A DNA stretch of 64,000 bases from Candidatus Melainabacteria bacterium 17Bon1m (GTDB lineage Bacteria > Cyanobacteriota > Vampirovibrionia > Obscuribacterales > Obscuribacteraceae). Where the stretch lies: positions 192,001 to 256,000 of the forward strand of contig JAVLKG010000004.1 in NCBI GenBank assembly GCA_032128875.1. The letters are read 5' to 3'. The notes under the pieces were generated by a model that worked only from the letters and a program-made list of their open reading frames with translations, was not told the origin of the DNA and did not search any database. Positions 18,692 to 28,479 of this stretch are shown here, piece after piece. The first letter of the stretch is position 1. Every line of letters begins with the position of its first letter. A program made the position numbers and the translations under genes.

Positions 18692-18874
18692 TTCTTTTTT
18701 GACAGTACTTTCCGAATGTAAACAATAGGGCATCTCATCGAGGTTCCTGGGGAAAATTCTGCGTTTGCGGGTATGGGATAAGCGGCATCTGCTGCAGCTT
18801 GTGTCTCATAAACATGAACGCGTTGCAATTCTCTGCAAGCTAAGACGCCTGATAGAAGGCGCGCTATAGGAAGT

Positions 18875-19624
18875 TTGCCTTTGGAATTCGATCCCCGCTA
18901 TTTGGCGCCGCTGGCTACCTGCATAGGTATCTGCGTTACGGTTTACCTGTTTCTTTTGCAGCGCAGAAAGCAACTTTCTTACGATGTGCTTTGGCGGCAG
19001 CAATTGGTCGAGATGAAGGGCAAGACCCGCCATCGTATTGATTTGCGCTTCGATGGAAACCCCGCACGCGATGCAAGTTTTGTGGTTGTTCGGCTGATTA
19101 ATACCGGGCACGTCAACATAATGCCGGGCGATTTTCAGGTTCGCTTGAGCCTGAACTGCGGCTCTGCTGCCGACATTCTTATGGCCGAGGTCGTCGAAAC
19201 CGAGCCGATGGGTCTGAACGATGACCCCACGACCGGACCTATTATTGAGCGAATTGAGAAGACTAAAGTGCATTTACGTCCCATGATGCTTAACCGCCAC
19301 GATTCGGTGACGCTTCAGTTGCTCGTCAATCAGCCCGACGAAAAAATTGTCTTGAATGGACATATTCAAGGAATTAAGAGGATTGAGGAGAGAAAGGGAC
19401 GCCCGCTGACTCCGGTGATCATGATTTTTGTCGGACAGAGTATTGCCTGGATGACGATGTTTTTTCTTACTCCGCAGATGTTTTTTCCCTTTCAATTCAC
19501 TGAGGTTGTCCCTCTTCTTTTCACATTTTTGACCGGACAGGTGCTTTTTGTATGCGGCTTGCATTTAGAACGGCAGCAGTCGCATGTGCGGCAGGGGCAG
19601 TCATGGAGCGGTGCTTTTGACTGA
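18875..19624 (+). CDS. Hypothetical membrane protein
   Basis: N-terminal TM followed by RKQLSYDV, a beta-rich domain and two C-terminal TMs; TTG start with AGGAAG upstream. Confidence 0.75.
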   Translation: MPLEFDPRYLAPLATCIGICVTVYLFLLQRRKQLSYDVLWRQQLVEMKGKTRHRIDLRFDGNPARDASFVVVRLINTGHVNIMPGDFQVRLSLNCGSAADILMAEVVETEPMGLNDDPTTGPIIERIEKTKVHLRPMMLNRHDSVTLQLLVNQPDEKIVLNGHIQGIKRIEERKGRPLTPVIMIFVGQSIAWMTMFFLTPQMFFPFQFTEVVPLLFTFLTGQVLFVCGLHLERQQSHVRQGQSWSGAFD

Positions 19625-19673
19625 TTCGAGCGTAATTAGCCGTAATTCGATTTTGAAGTGATCGAGGAAGTGT

Positions 19674-21314
19674 ATGAAGATTGGACCAAAAATTAGCAGT
19701 ATCGCGGGCGGTGTATTTTTTATTTTGCTGCTGACTGGATATTCGAGTTTTGTTTGCGTACAAAATTTAATCGACAGCAATAAAACCGCTCTCAAGACTG
19801 TCAAAACCCTTCGCGAACTGGAAAACCTGCTTGGGCGGGTCGCTGATTTCGAAAGCAACGGTCGGGGCTATGTTTTGTCCGGTGACAGAGACTTTATTCA
19901 ATTAAACGAGGCTTCGCTAAAGGAAGTCGAAGATTCAATCAACACGCTAAATGAGTTGACCAAGGACGAACCGGAGCGCGCTAAGAATTTAGCCGAGCTA
20001 TTGCCACTGGTTCAAAGCAAGGTTGAATTTAGCAAATCATTGATGAACACTATGCGTTTAAAGGGAAGTGCAGAAGCCATTGCGCTTTTTAAGACTGAGC
20101 GTGGAAGGATGCTCATGGATGAAATACGGCATAAAGTCAGCGATCGCGTGGCTTTCGAAGAAGAGGTCCTTCAAAAGCAGCTGGCAAATTCTAAGTCCAC
20201 GGCAAACAGCACATTCTTTTCCACCATATCTGGTGGCATCTTGGCTCTAGTTTTTGTGTCACTCTGGAGTTTCATTATCGTTCAGGGACTGCTCAATCCA
20301 ATACAAAGGCTTGGCCGCGCAATGGAAAAGGTTGGTGCCGGACGTTTTGAGCCTGTTACCGGCATTGACGCAAGAGATGAACTGGGCGATCTTTCTTCCA
20401 CCTTCAATAATATGGTTAACGGGTTGAGAAGAATTGAAGAAACTTACATTGGCAATAACGGCAACTCACCAGCACACGCAATCTCTCTGGTGCGGCAACA
20501 CGTTCACGCATTCAGTTTCGTCATCAATGATTTGCTTGAAGCTTCCAATCAGCTTTCTAACGGCTTTGAGGGGCAACCGGAAGAGCTTCAAACATCGCTT
20601 GAGCAAATCAGAATCTTAAGCAGGCAGTCGAAAGAGACTTGCGATTTGATCGATGAAATTGCCCAACGCTTGACTCGCTCTGATGAGTTGCGTCGCACTG
20701 GACATCGTACTCTCGACGAGATAGATGAGCAAGTCAATCGAGTTTTGACCGAAGCCGATTCTTCAGTGCAACGTGTAAAAGGGCTTGCAGAGCGCATTCA
20801 CGATTTAGATGGATTGTCCGTAATTATGGACGATATGGCAAACCGAGTCGGCATTCTTTCCATGAGTTCTCAAATCGAAGCCAAAAAGAATGGCGGTGGA
20901 TTTGAAGCTTTCGCTGATGAAATGAAGGACTTGGCAGAGCGTATGCGTCAAGAAAGCGTCAAGGTGAAGCATCTTCTATTTACAATGGAGCGAACCATTT
21001 ATAGGGCTGCCGACGACAACGAGCAAGCGCAAGAAGTAATGCGAAAGGCGATTACAGTGATCGGCCAGTTGCACACAAAGCTCGACACTTTATTGGAGCC
21101 AATTACCGAGGCGGGCACACGAGCGCATACGCTCGAGGAGCGATTGGAAAGACAGAGACATCAAATTATGGAATTCGAGCACATACTAGAGCGAGCAAAC
21201 CTGACTTCCGAACAGAAGCAGTTTTTCATCAAGCAGGTCAATTCGACCGCGCAGGAAGTGAACAACTTTGGCACTGAGCTGGGCGTCTTGCTTGAAAAGC
21301 CCTCTTCTTCGTAG
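19674..21314 (+). CDS. CHASE3-HAMP methyl-accepting chemotaxis-like protein, degenerate signalling domain
   Basis: TM-CHASE3 (ESNGRGYVLSGD, GRMLMDEIR)-TM-HAMP (DELGDLSSTFN)-MCP-like coil (IEAKKNGGGFEAFADEMKDLAE). Confidence 0.85.
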   Translation: MKIGPKISSIAGGVFFILLLTGYSSFVCVQNLIDSNKTALKTVKTLRELENLLGRVADFESNGRGYVLSGDRDFIQLNEASLKEVEDSINTLNELTKDEPERAKNLAELLPLVQSKVEFSKSLMNTMRLKGSAEAIALFKTERGRMLMDEIRHKVSDRVAFEEEVLQKQLANSKSTANSTFFSTISGGILALVFVSLWSFIIVQGLLNPIQRLGRAMEKVGAGRFEPVTGIDARDELGDLSSTFNNMVNGLRRIEETYIGNNGNSPAHAISLVRQHVHAFSFVINDLLEASNQLSNGFEGQPEELQTSLEQIRILSRQSKETCDLIDEIAQRLTRSDELRRTGHRTLDEIDEQVNRVLTEADSSVQRVKGLAERIHDLDGLSVIMDDMANRVGILSMSSQIEAKKNGGGFEAFADEMKDLAERMRQESVKVKHLLFTMERTIYRAADDNEQAQEVMRKAITVIGQLHTKLDTLLEPITEAGTRAHTLEERLERQRHQIMEFEHILERANLTSEQKQFFIKQVNSTAQEVNNFGTELGVLLEKPSSS

Positions 21315-21341
21315 TATTCTTCGAGCGCTTCGAGGTGCACT

Positions 21342-21635
21342 ATGAAAGACTGGCATTGGATTTTGGTTTTCGCGTCAATTTTGATTACGCCTTTCTTACC
21401 TGCTTTGATGAAGGCGAAATGCCCTGAGTGCAAGAAGCGCAAGCTCAATTCGTTAGACACTCTGCGCGATTACAATGTAGAAGGCGAGCAGCGCGTCTAC
21501 AACACCTTCCATCGGTGTGATGCTTGCCTGACCTATTTCAAGGCCGTGAATAGTAAGCCGATGACGGTGAGTTCGCACGAAGAGTACGAAGATGCTGTGC
21601 GCGAGACTCAAGCACGCCAGCCGGTTGCACCATAA
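21342..21635 (+). CDS. Small membrane-anchored zinc-ribbon protein
   Basis: GAGG RBS; N-terminal TM; CPEC and CDAC pairs. Confidence 0.75.
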   Translation: MKDWHWILVFASILITPFLPALMKAKCPECKKRKLNSLDTLRDYNVEGEQRVYNTFHRCDACLTYFKAVNSKPMTVSSHEEYEDAVRETQARQPVAP

Positions 21636-21638
21636 AAG

Positions 21639-21665
21639 GAAGAGGAGGTCTTTCGCCTCCTCTTC
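21639..21665. terminator. Terminator hairpin between convergent genes
   Basis: GAAGAGGAGG-TCTTTCG-CCTCCTCTTC, a perfect 10-bp stem. Confidence 0.75.
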
Positions 21666-21708
21666 AAAAGCTATTCGGTTTTTTTGGCTAAAAACTATGA
21701 GTTAGCGA

Positions 21709-21936
21709 TCATGCTGTCTCTGCCAGCAGTTTTGCCAGCTCATCTTGCAGTTGAGCAAGCACATTATCGAATCGCTTATGGCAATCCGTGTGCAAGGGAT
21801 TTTCGGCGAATTTAGTGTCATGTACCGCTTTCTCTGACTCCAAATTGCGAATCAAACCTTTGATATGAGCGGCGTTAGCACCTTCGCCAAAGTCGACGCC
21901 GGATTGGACTTTTCTTGTGTCTGTATCGTTTGTCAT
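21709..21936 (-). CDS. Small hypothetical helical protein
   Basis: Protein-like composition from ATG 21936; converges on the terminator. Confidence 0.6.
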   Translation of the reverse strand: MTNDTDTRKVQSGVDFGEGANAAHIKGLIRNLESEKAVHDTKFAENPLHTDCHKRFDNVLAQLQDELAKLLAETA

Positions 21937-22294
21937 AGTGAATCTACCCGGGATACCGAGGAACAGGCAAGAACTATACAACCTCATCGTCGTTTAAGAC
22001 CGTCCAATGGTGGTTTCTGAGATATATTTCGATTTGTTGCTGTATTCGATTAGTCGCTGCTTATGCTGAACCAAACTTAAAGCTGGCGTTTTTCCCACCG
22101 TCATGGCGCGCAGATAAGGGATCTGTCTTATTGGATACGCAGGTCGTTTTTCGAGAGCTGGAAAAACGCTCAAAAGCTACTATTGGTGAGCAAATTTCCT
22201 GTTGACTGCCTGCTGCCAAACTAATAGGATTGAGGCAAATCTGCGCATCAAAGCGCATTTCCTCAAGCCCGATGAGAAGCCTGTAAGAAACCTA

Positions 22295-23485
22295 ATGGAA
22301 CCATCCGTGATACCAACAATTTCCTCCAGCCCTGCTCCGTCAGCAAGCAATTCGTCTTCCAAATCGCAGTCTCTGCCAAATGATGGCATTGAAGAAATCG
22401 CTGAAGGTTCGGCAGAAAATACTACTCTTGAAAGACCTGCCCTGGTGGGAACCAGCTGGGTCAAAAACATCTGGTATTTCGCTTTGCCCAGCGACCACGT
22501 GAAGAAGGGCAAGACGGTATCCATGCAACTTTTGGGCGACCTGATATTGATAGGACGCAAGTCTGACGGCACAGTGTTTGCAATGCGCGACATTTGCCCC
22601 CACCAAGGAGCGCCGCTCAGCTTTGGTGATTTTGACGGCAAAGACGTCTCATGCCCGTTCCATGGCTGGAAATTTGATTCTGAAGGCGTTTGCACTGATA
22701 TTCCGGCGCTCTGTAGCGATCAGAAGATCAATATCTGCAAAATCAAAACACGGTCGTATCCGTGCCGCGAAGCCGACGGCAACATCTGGTTGTATTACGG
22801 AGAGTCTCGCGCAGAGTTGCCTGAGATTCCGCGTGCAAATGGTCTTGACGGTCTCAAATACGATCAGACCGTGTCTAGAGTGATCGTGCCTACTCACATG
22901 GATTACGCTGTAGTGGCGCTTATTGACCCTGCTCACGTACCCTACGTCCACAAATCCTGGTGGTGGCGCAACAGCAAAGCCCTCAAGGAGAAAAAGAAGC
23001 ATTACGTTCCATCCGGCACCGGTTGGACAATGGTGAAGCACAGTCCGTCCAAGGGCTCTTTCATCTTCAAGCTTTTGGGTGATTTTATGGAGACTGAAAT
23101 CGCATTTCGTCTGCCTGGATGCCGCACAGAATACATCACGCTTTTCGGGCGCACGCTGGTGGCTAGTATGACCACTGTCACACCGATTGATGACACTAAC
23201 TGCGAGCTTAATCACACCTCTTACTGGACTATTCCCGGTATCAAATGGTTCTTAAAACCAATCGTCAATGCAATTGCGGACGAATTCCTGGGCCAAGACC
23301 TCCAAATAGCCCAACGTCAGCAGATTGGACTTAAGTTCAAGCCGAAATTGACCATGATCGTCAAAGATTCAGGGCTACCGGGCAGCTGGTACTTCCAGGG
23401 CAAGCGCGAATGGAATAATGCGACCGAAGAAGGGCGCCCGTTCGTCAATCCCGTCAAAGAGAAAGTCTTGCGCTGGATGACCTAA
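22295..23485 (+). CDS. Rieske non-heme iron oxygenase alpha subunit (VanA/PaO/CAO-like)
   Basis: CPHQGAP..CPFHGW Rieske motif; DPAHVPYVH mononuclear Fe motif; distal QD ligand. Confidence 0.92.
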   Translation: MEPSVIPTISSSPAPSASNSSSKSQSLPNDGIEEIAEGSAENTTLERPALVGTSWVKNIWYFALPSDHVKKGKTVSMQLLGDLILIGRKSDGTVFAMRDICPHQGAPLSFGDFDGKDVSCPFHGWKFDSEGVCTDIPALCSDQKINICKIKTRSYPCREADGNIWLYYGESRAELPEIPRANGLDGLKYDQTVSRVIVPTHMDYAVVALIDPAHVPYVHKSWWWRNSKALKEKKKHYVPSGTGWTMVKHSPSKGSFIFKLLGDFMETEIAFRLPGCRTEYITLFGRTLVASMTTVTPIDDTNCELNHTSYWTIPGIKWFLKPIVNAIADEFLGQDLQIAQRQQIGLKFKPKLTMIVKDSGLPGSWYFQGKREWNNATEEGRPFVNPVKEKVLRWMT

Positions 23486-23487
23486 AG

Positions 23488-23539
23488 GATCTACCGAAGA
23501 GATCGAACTAAAAGATTGAACTAGTAGATCGCCAAAAAT
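23488..23539. repeat. Degenerate tandem repeat with 13-bp period (4 units)
   Basis: GATCTACCGAAGA/GATCGAACTAAAA/GATTGAACTAGTA/GATCGCCAAAAAT. Confidence 0.65.
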
Positions 23540-23552
23540 TCAGCCCAAAAGC

Positions 23553-23581
23553 AAACGGCGAAGCTTCTTGCCTCGCCGTTT
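23553..23581. terminator. Bidirectional terminator
   Basis: AAACGGCGA...TCGCCGTTT stem between convergent genes. Confidence 0.7.
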
Positions 23582-23623
23582 AATACATCTAGTTGGTCTG
23601 GGCATCGGATGTCCCAGGAAACT

Positions 23624-24445
23624 CTAGCCCTCGTCCTTTTTTCCTTTCAGACTGAAGACCTCGTTCGTGAGTCCGATGTTGACTTTGACGTCTTTCCAAT
23701 CGGTCGATGAGAAGAGTTGGTCTTGTCTATATAGATTCCATTGCTCAGGCAGACCAGTCTTCTGATCGATGAAGACGCGCTGTGTGAGGTCTTTTTGTTT
23801 GTCGTTGTCTACTTGCTGGTACACTTCGAGAACATATACTTTCTCGCCTGTGTGCGCCACCGTAACTGGTGCCGGTGTGACCAAGCAGGTCGCACCCTGG
23901 CTGATTTGTTTTTGCAGGTCTTTGAGCAAGGTCTCGTAGTCTGAATTCATCATTGAAAAACCGTTTGCTGACTTAAGCAAGCCGGAATCCTTTCCGATGG
24001 TTCCGCTGAACATCTTGAGCATTCCGCCCAAATGTCCTCTCACTTTACCGTCAGTACCAAGAACAGCAACTGCGCCTTTCTTCGCGCCTTCTGTCACTTC
24101 CATTTTCATCAAGCTCGGGCGCTTGTAATAGAACTGGCCCTCTTCTTTGATGACCTTGCCGTCGCGGAAAGTGTTGATTACGCATTTGAAAGTATAGTCA
24201 TTGGCATTTGTAGCGGTTTTGCTCATCGATTGAACAAAATCGCGTCCGTCCTTCATTTGGCCGAATTCCATCTTCTTCGGAAGATCGTGCATCAGGTTAG
24301 CCTGCACTTTCACATCCTTATCATCTTTGGCCGTGGCGCCAATGCTGCCGGAAACCGAGCTGAGAACCACCATGCTCAAAAGCACGTTCATACAGCGGCG
24401 GGTTTTGGAGTTCTTTGAGATGCTTGGGAATGAAACAAAGCTCAT
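23624..24445 (-). CDS. LolA-like / outer-membrane lipoprotein-sorting fold protein
   Basis: Signal peptide; YYKRPSLMKMEV, VYVLEV, VFIDQKTGLP, VKVNIGLTNEVF pattern of the LolA superfamily. Confidence 0.75.
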   Translation of the reverse strand: MSFVSFPSISKNSKTRRCMNVLLSMVVLSSVSGSIGATAKDDKDVKVQANLMHDLPKKMEFGQMKDGRDFVQSMSKTATNANDYTFKCVINTFRDGKVIKEEGQFYYKRPSLMKMEVTEGAKKGAVAVLGTDGKVRGHLGGMLKMFSGTIGKDSGLLKSANGFSMMNSDYETLLKDLQKQISQGATCLVTPAPVTVAHTGEKVYVLEVYQQVDNDKQKDLTQRVFIDQKTGLPEQWNLYRQDQLFSSTDWKDVKVNIGLTNEVFSLKGKKDEG

Positions 24446-24706
24446 GAATTAAAAAACCTCGAGTAGCCAAATTAACCAATATCGTTTTTACCAGACTGTC
24501 CGGAAGTTTTCCAGGGTAATCAAGTCCACCCAAATCCTGCAGAAATTAGGGGCAATCGCCGAAAGAGTGCTAATACTTGCCATCTTCAGGCTTTTTATGC
24601 TGATTAAGGGCTTTATTGTCTTCTTAAAGATGAGCTATATATCTCAATCGAAGTAACAATTCTGCCGGCTTGGCGTCTGCCGCCACCTATCTTTTGGATA
24701 TCGGAT

Positions 24707-26389
24707 ATGACTGGAGAATCTGACGAGGCTCAAAGGTCCCAGTTCCTTGAAGAAGGAAAAACTGACGAGACCTTACTGCAGAACCCTGAAACCCTCACTG
24801 GGACAGGGGACACGTCATTCGGCTCTCGGGCTGAACAGCCCGCAGACGGCTCGCTGCCCACGCTTTGTCAGGTTGAGAACATCGCAAGGAAAGCCGAATC
24901 CTATGTCCTATGTAGGTTTATGGTTGTGCGCGGAGTGGCTCTGGTCTACCTGATAGCTTTCTTCTCTCTCTTTCTGCAAATAGATGGTCTCTTCGCTCAG
25001 CAAGGCATTCTACCTATTGCTCAGTTTGTGGACCAAACGGTTAGAAGTTACCCGCCTGCAGGTCTCCAGCTCAATGACCTGCCCACCGTTTTTTGGATCT
25101 CGTCCAGCGACTCTTTTCTAAAAGGGGTTTGTATTGCTGGCATGGTTTCAGCGCTGGCTGCAGCTATGGGTCTTTTGCCTGGATTGATGCTGATTGTTTG
25201 CTGGATACTGTACATATCATTTTTATCGACAGGTGCGGACTTCATGTCTTTTCAGTGGGATATTCTCTTGCTGGAAGCTGGAATACTTGCTGCACTGTGG
25301 GCACCGTGGGCGATGGCATCACCGCCGTTGCAAAACACAAAGGGTGCGGACGGACCACCTTCTTTAATTTTGCTCTGGCTCTTGCGGTGGCTGCTTTTTC
25401 GATTGATGTTTATGTCCGGCATGTGCAAACTGTTGAGTGGTGATGAAGCCTGGTCGAGCTTAACTGCCCTTGCTTATCATTACGAAACGCAACCGCTTCC
25501 GACCCCTTTAGCTTGGTTCTGCAACCTGCTTCCCCTGTGGTTTCATCAGCTCTCATGCTTATTGATGTTTGGAATTGAGATATTCTGCCCTTTTCTGATT
25601 TTTGGCAACAAACTATCCAGACGCATCGCATTTGGTGCGCTGGCGGGTTTGCAAGTTTTGATTTTGCTTTCCGGAAACTACACGTTTTTCAATTTGCTCA
25701 GCATTATTCTGTGTTTCACTCTCATAGAAGATTCTCTCTGGAAGCGCATTTTTCCTGTCAGCTTAGGCGCTTCTCTCGAGAATGCCGCCACAATTACCAA
25801 TACAAAATGGCAATTAGTGCAAAAAATAATGGTGCTGCCTATGGTGGCAATTTTGGGACTTGCCAATCTTTGCGTGTTAGTTGCGCATACAGCAGGTGGA
25901 GAAGCTCTCCCTGCCAACTTTCGTGAGTTTGCAAAAAACGTGCGTCAGTTGCATTTAGTCAATAGTTATGGATTGTTTGCTGTGATGACTCAGAAGAGAA
26001 TCGAAATAATTCTCGAAGGTAGCAATGATGGCAAAGAATGGCTTGCATATGAGTTTCCATTCAAGCCTGGTGACCTGCATCGTCCCCCTCCCATTGTCGC
26101 GCCCCTGCAACCTCGACTCGACTGGCAGATGTGGTTTGCCGCGTTAGGCACTGTGGAGCAAAATCCCTGGTTCATTTCCTTTGTGCAAAAGATTTTGGAG
26201 GGTGACAAGGCTGTGACTGCCTTACTTTCAAAAAATCCCTTTCCTGATAGACCGCCAAGATTCTTGCGCGCCCAAAGCTACGAGTATCACTTCACCGATG
26301 TGAAGGAGCTGATGTCTAAAGGCACCTGGTGGAAACGTACCTACGTTGGCGAGTACATGCCGGTGGCCACTCTCGACAATCGGCTGTAA
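24707..26389 (+). CDS. Lipase maturation factor family membrane protein
   Basis: FQWDILLLEAG, RWLLFRLMF, YHYETQPLP, GNYTFFNLL, NSYGLFAVMT, PRLDWQMWFAA. Confidence 0.93.
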   Translation: MTGESDEAQRSQFLEEGKTDETLLQNPETLTGTGDTSFGSRAEQPADGSLPTLCQVENIARKAESYVLCRFMVVRGVALVYLIAFFSLFLQIDGLFAQQGILPIAQFVDQTVRSYPPAGLQLNDLPTVFWISSSDSFLKGVCIAGMVSALAAAMGLLPGLMLIVCWILYISFLSTGADFMSFQWDILLLEAGILAALWAPWAMASPPLQNTKGADGPPSLILLWLLRWLLFRLMFMSGMCKLLSGDEAWSSLTALAYHYETQPLPTPLAWFCNLLPLWFHQLSCLLMFGIEIFCPFLIFGNKLSRRIAFGALAGLQVLILLSGNYTFFNLLSIILCFTLIEDSLWKRIFPVSLGASLENAATITNTKWQLVQKIMVLPMVAILGLANLCVLVAHTAGGEALPANFREFAKNVRQLHLVNSYGLFAVMTQKRIEIILEGSNDGKEWLAYEFPFKPGDLHRPPPIVAPLQPRLDWQMWFAALGTVEQNPWFISFVQKILEGDKAVTALLSKNPFPDRPPRFLRAQSYEYHFTDVKELMSKGTWWKRTYVGEYMPVATLDNRL

Positions 26390-26471
26390 TCTGTCCCTTA
26401 ATCTGATTGCCTGTATTTATAAGACGCAACCTCTAGTTATAAGCTCATGAATACGTGGAACTTCTCTATCT

Positions 26472-27743
26472 ATGATGGAGTTCTTGAGAAGATTATGGGT
26501 TGTCTTCCGAAAGGAGATGATTCATTGCTACAGAGACCCGCACGTGGTCATTTACGGCGTGTTGTTTCCGCTTTTGTTTTATCCGGCAGCGGCGATAGCT
26601 ATGCTGGAAATTGGCATCTTCCAGGAAGGTAAGCGTGAGCAGGAGACTTACCGCATTGTCTTTCCTGAGAGTAAAGAGCCTAATATAGCGGCGATTCGAG
26701 ATGTGCTCGCCAACAGCAAACGGGGCAAGCTGGTCACTTCCTCAGATCCGATGAAGGACCTGAAGGACGGAAATATCGAGGCTTTTGTCGAAGAGGCGAA
26801 TGGAAAGTTGGTTGTGAAAGTGGCGAGCAGTTTGCCTCTTTCAGAGTCTGCCAACAATTACATCAACAAGGTTATCGAGTCCAGGCGAATGAAAAATATT
26901 CGCAAGGAGCTGGCAGATAAAAATGCACCGGTCGAAGTCATGCGCGTCTTTACCTTCGAACTTAATGATGCAAAACGCACCAAAGCGAAGGAAGAGAATA
27001 AGGGCGGCGACGCGGCTGGCGTAATCTTTCGTTATTTGCTCGCGTCTGTAATTTGTGTGCTTGTCCTTTGTATTCCGGCGGGCGCTGTCTATCCAGCCAT
27101 TTGCGCCTTCACCGAAGAGCGCGAAAAGAAGACTCTCGAGAGCACCCTTGTTGCCGCAGTGAGCACTGAGTGCTTGATGGCAGGCAAGTTTCTCTCTGTT
27201 TTCGTTGTGGCGTTGATGTCTGGGATTCTCAATTTGATCGGTATGAGTCTTGTTATCTGGTTGATGCTAAGTCAGGCAAAAGAACTCAGCGGTTTGTCCC
27301 GACTTTCCGGCAGTAGTTTCCAGGTGTCTTTTGAAACAGGTGCTTGCTTGTTTGCAGCTACCGTTCTCTTTTCGCTTTTGGTTTCTGCCATGTTTTCGCT
27401 GCTCGGGGCAACGACAAAGTCTTTTAAAGAAGCGCAAAACATGCTAACAGTGCCGCTGCTAATTTTTACGCCAATGCCAATCGCCGGGATGCTACCTGGT
27501 GTTCTTCTCTCGAAGACTTTGGCATTTGTGCCTGTACTCAATTTGATTTTGTGGGTCAAGTCGGCTGTCAGAGGAGACGCCGATTTGGCGCTTGTTGGAA
27601 TTGCCGTTGGTGAAACTTTGTTTTTGACCTGTGCAATGCTTTTCTTATTGAATCGCCTGATAAGAACAGAAAAGTTTGTTCTGGGCGATCACATTGATAT
27701 CTGGGCGCCTTTATTCGCAAGAGGAAGAGCAAATGGCCGTTGA
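26472..27743 (+). CDS. ABC-2 transporter permease (NatB-like)
   Basis: VFRKEM..RD start, EEREKKTLESTL, GKFL, KSFKEAQ. Confidence 0.9.
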   Translation: MMEFLRRLWVVFRKEMIHCYRDPHVVIYGVLFPLLFYPAAAIAMLEIGIFQEGKREQETYRIVFPESKEPNIAAIRDVLANSKRGKLVTSSDPMKDLKDGNIEAFVEEANGKLVVKVASSLPLSESANNYINKVIESRRMKNIRKELADKNAPVEVMRVFTFELNDAKRTKAKEENKGGDAAGVIFRYLLASVICVLVLCIPAGAVYPAICAFTEEREKKTLESTLVAAVSTECLMAGKFLSVFVVALMSGILNLIGMSLVIWLMLSQAKELSGLSRLSGSSFQVSFETGACLFAATVLFSLLVSAMFSLLGATTKSFKEAQNMLTVPLLIFTPMPIAGMLPGVLLSKTLAFVPVLNLILWVKSAVRGDADLALVGIAVGETLFLTCAMLFLLNRLIRTEKFVLGDHIDIWAPLFARGRANGR

Positions 27744-28479
27744 AGTCAAAGACCTGAGGAAAACGTTCTTTGACGCGAAGCGGGGTGAATTTCTTGCCGT
27801 GGACGGTATTTCATTTAATTGCTCACAAGGCGAGATTGTTGGATTGCTCGGACCGAATGGTGCCGGCAAAACAACTACGTTGCGCATGATTGCCACCATT
27901 TTGCGCCCAGATGAGGGAACAGCGAAGATCAATGGGTTTGACATAAATACCGATCCTCAGGGTGTTCGCAAGAATCTTGGATTTCTTTCCTCGGAAACTG
28001 GACTGTATGAAAGGCTAACGCCCAGAGAGATTCTCAACTACTTCGGGCAACTTAGCGATTATCCTCCGGATAAACTCAATCAGAGAATTGAAGATCTGAT
28101 CAAGCTCTTTGAGATGGGAGAATTCGCAGACACTCGTTGTGAGCGCCTGTCTACTGGGATGAAGCAGAAGGTTTCCATCGCTCGTGCAATTGTTCACGAT
28201 CCGCCTGTTATGGCGCTGGACGAGCCAACTAGTGGATTGGACATTATCACCAGCCAAAACACCTATCAATTTATTCGCGACAGCAAGGCCCAAGGTAAGT
28301 GCATTATCTTTTCGACGCACATCATGAGCGAAGCAGAAAAGCTTTGTGATCGAATTGGAATCATTCACCGCGGCAAGCTCTTCGCTATGGGCACTCTGGA
28401 AGAGTTGCGTGAACTGACAGGCGCGCATTATTTAGAAGATATTTTTCTGGCGATCGTCAAGGAACAGGTGGATGTCTAG
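27733..28479 (+). CDS. ABC transporter ATP-binding protein (NatA-like)
   Basis: GPNGAGKTT, LSTGMKQK, LDEPTSGLD, STH. Confidence 0.95.
   Translation: MAVEVKDLRKTFFDAKRGEFLAVDGISFNCSQGEIVGLLGPNGAGKTTTLRMIATILRPDEGTAKINGFDINTDPQGVRKNLGFLSSETGLYERLTPREILNYFGQLSDYPPDKLNQRIEDLIKLFEMGEFADTRCERLSTGMKQKVSIARAIVHDPPVMALDEPTSGLDIITSQNTYQFIRDSKAQGKCIIFSTHIMSEAEKLCDRIGIIHRGKLFAMGTLEELRELTGAHYLEDIFLAIVKEQVDV

Noticed and set aside
20140-20147. HIP1 octamer GCGATCGC (also at about 53520)
   Set aside because: I noticed only about two copies in 64 kb, close to chance, so there is no HIP1 enrichment.
24546-24573. GAGTGCTAA, the right arm of a CIRCE element
   Set aside because: No matching TTAGCACTC left arm at 9-nt spacing, and the neighbours are not chaperone genes.
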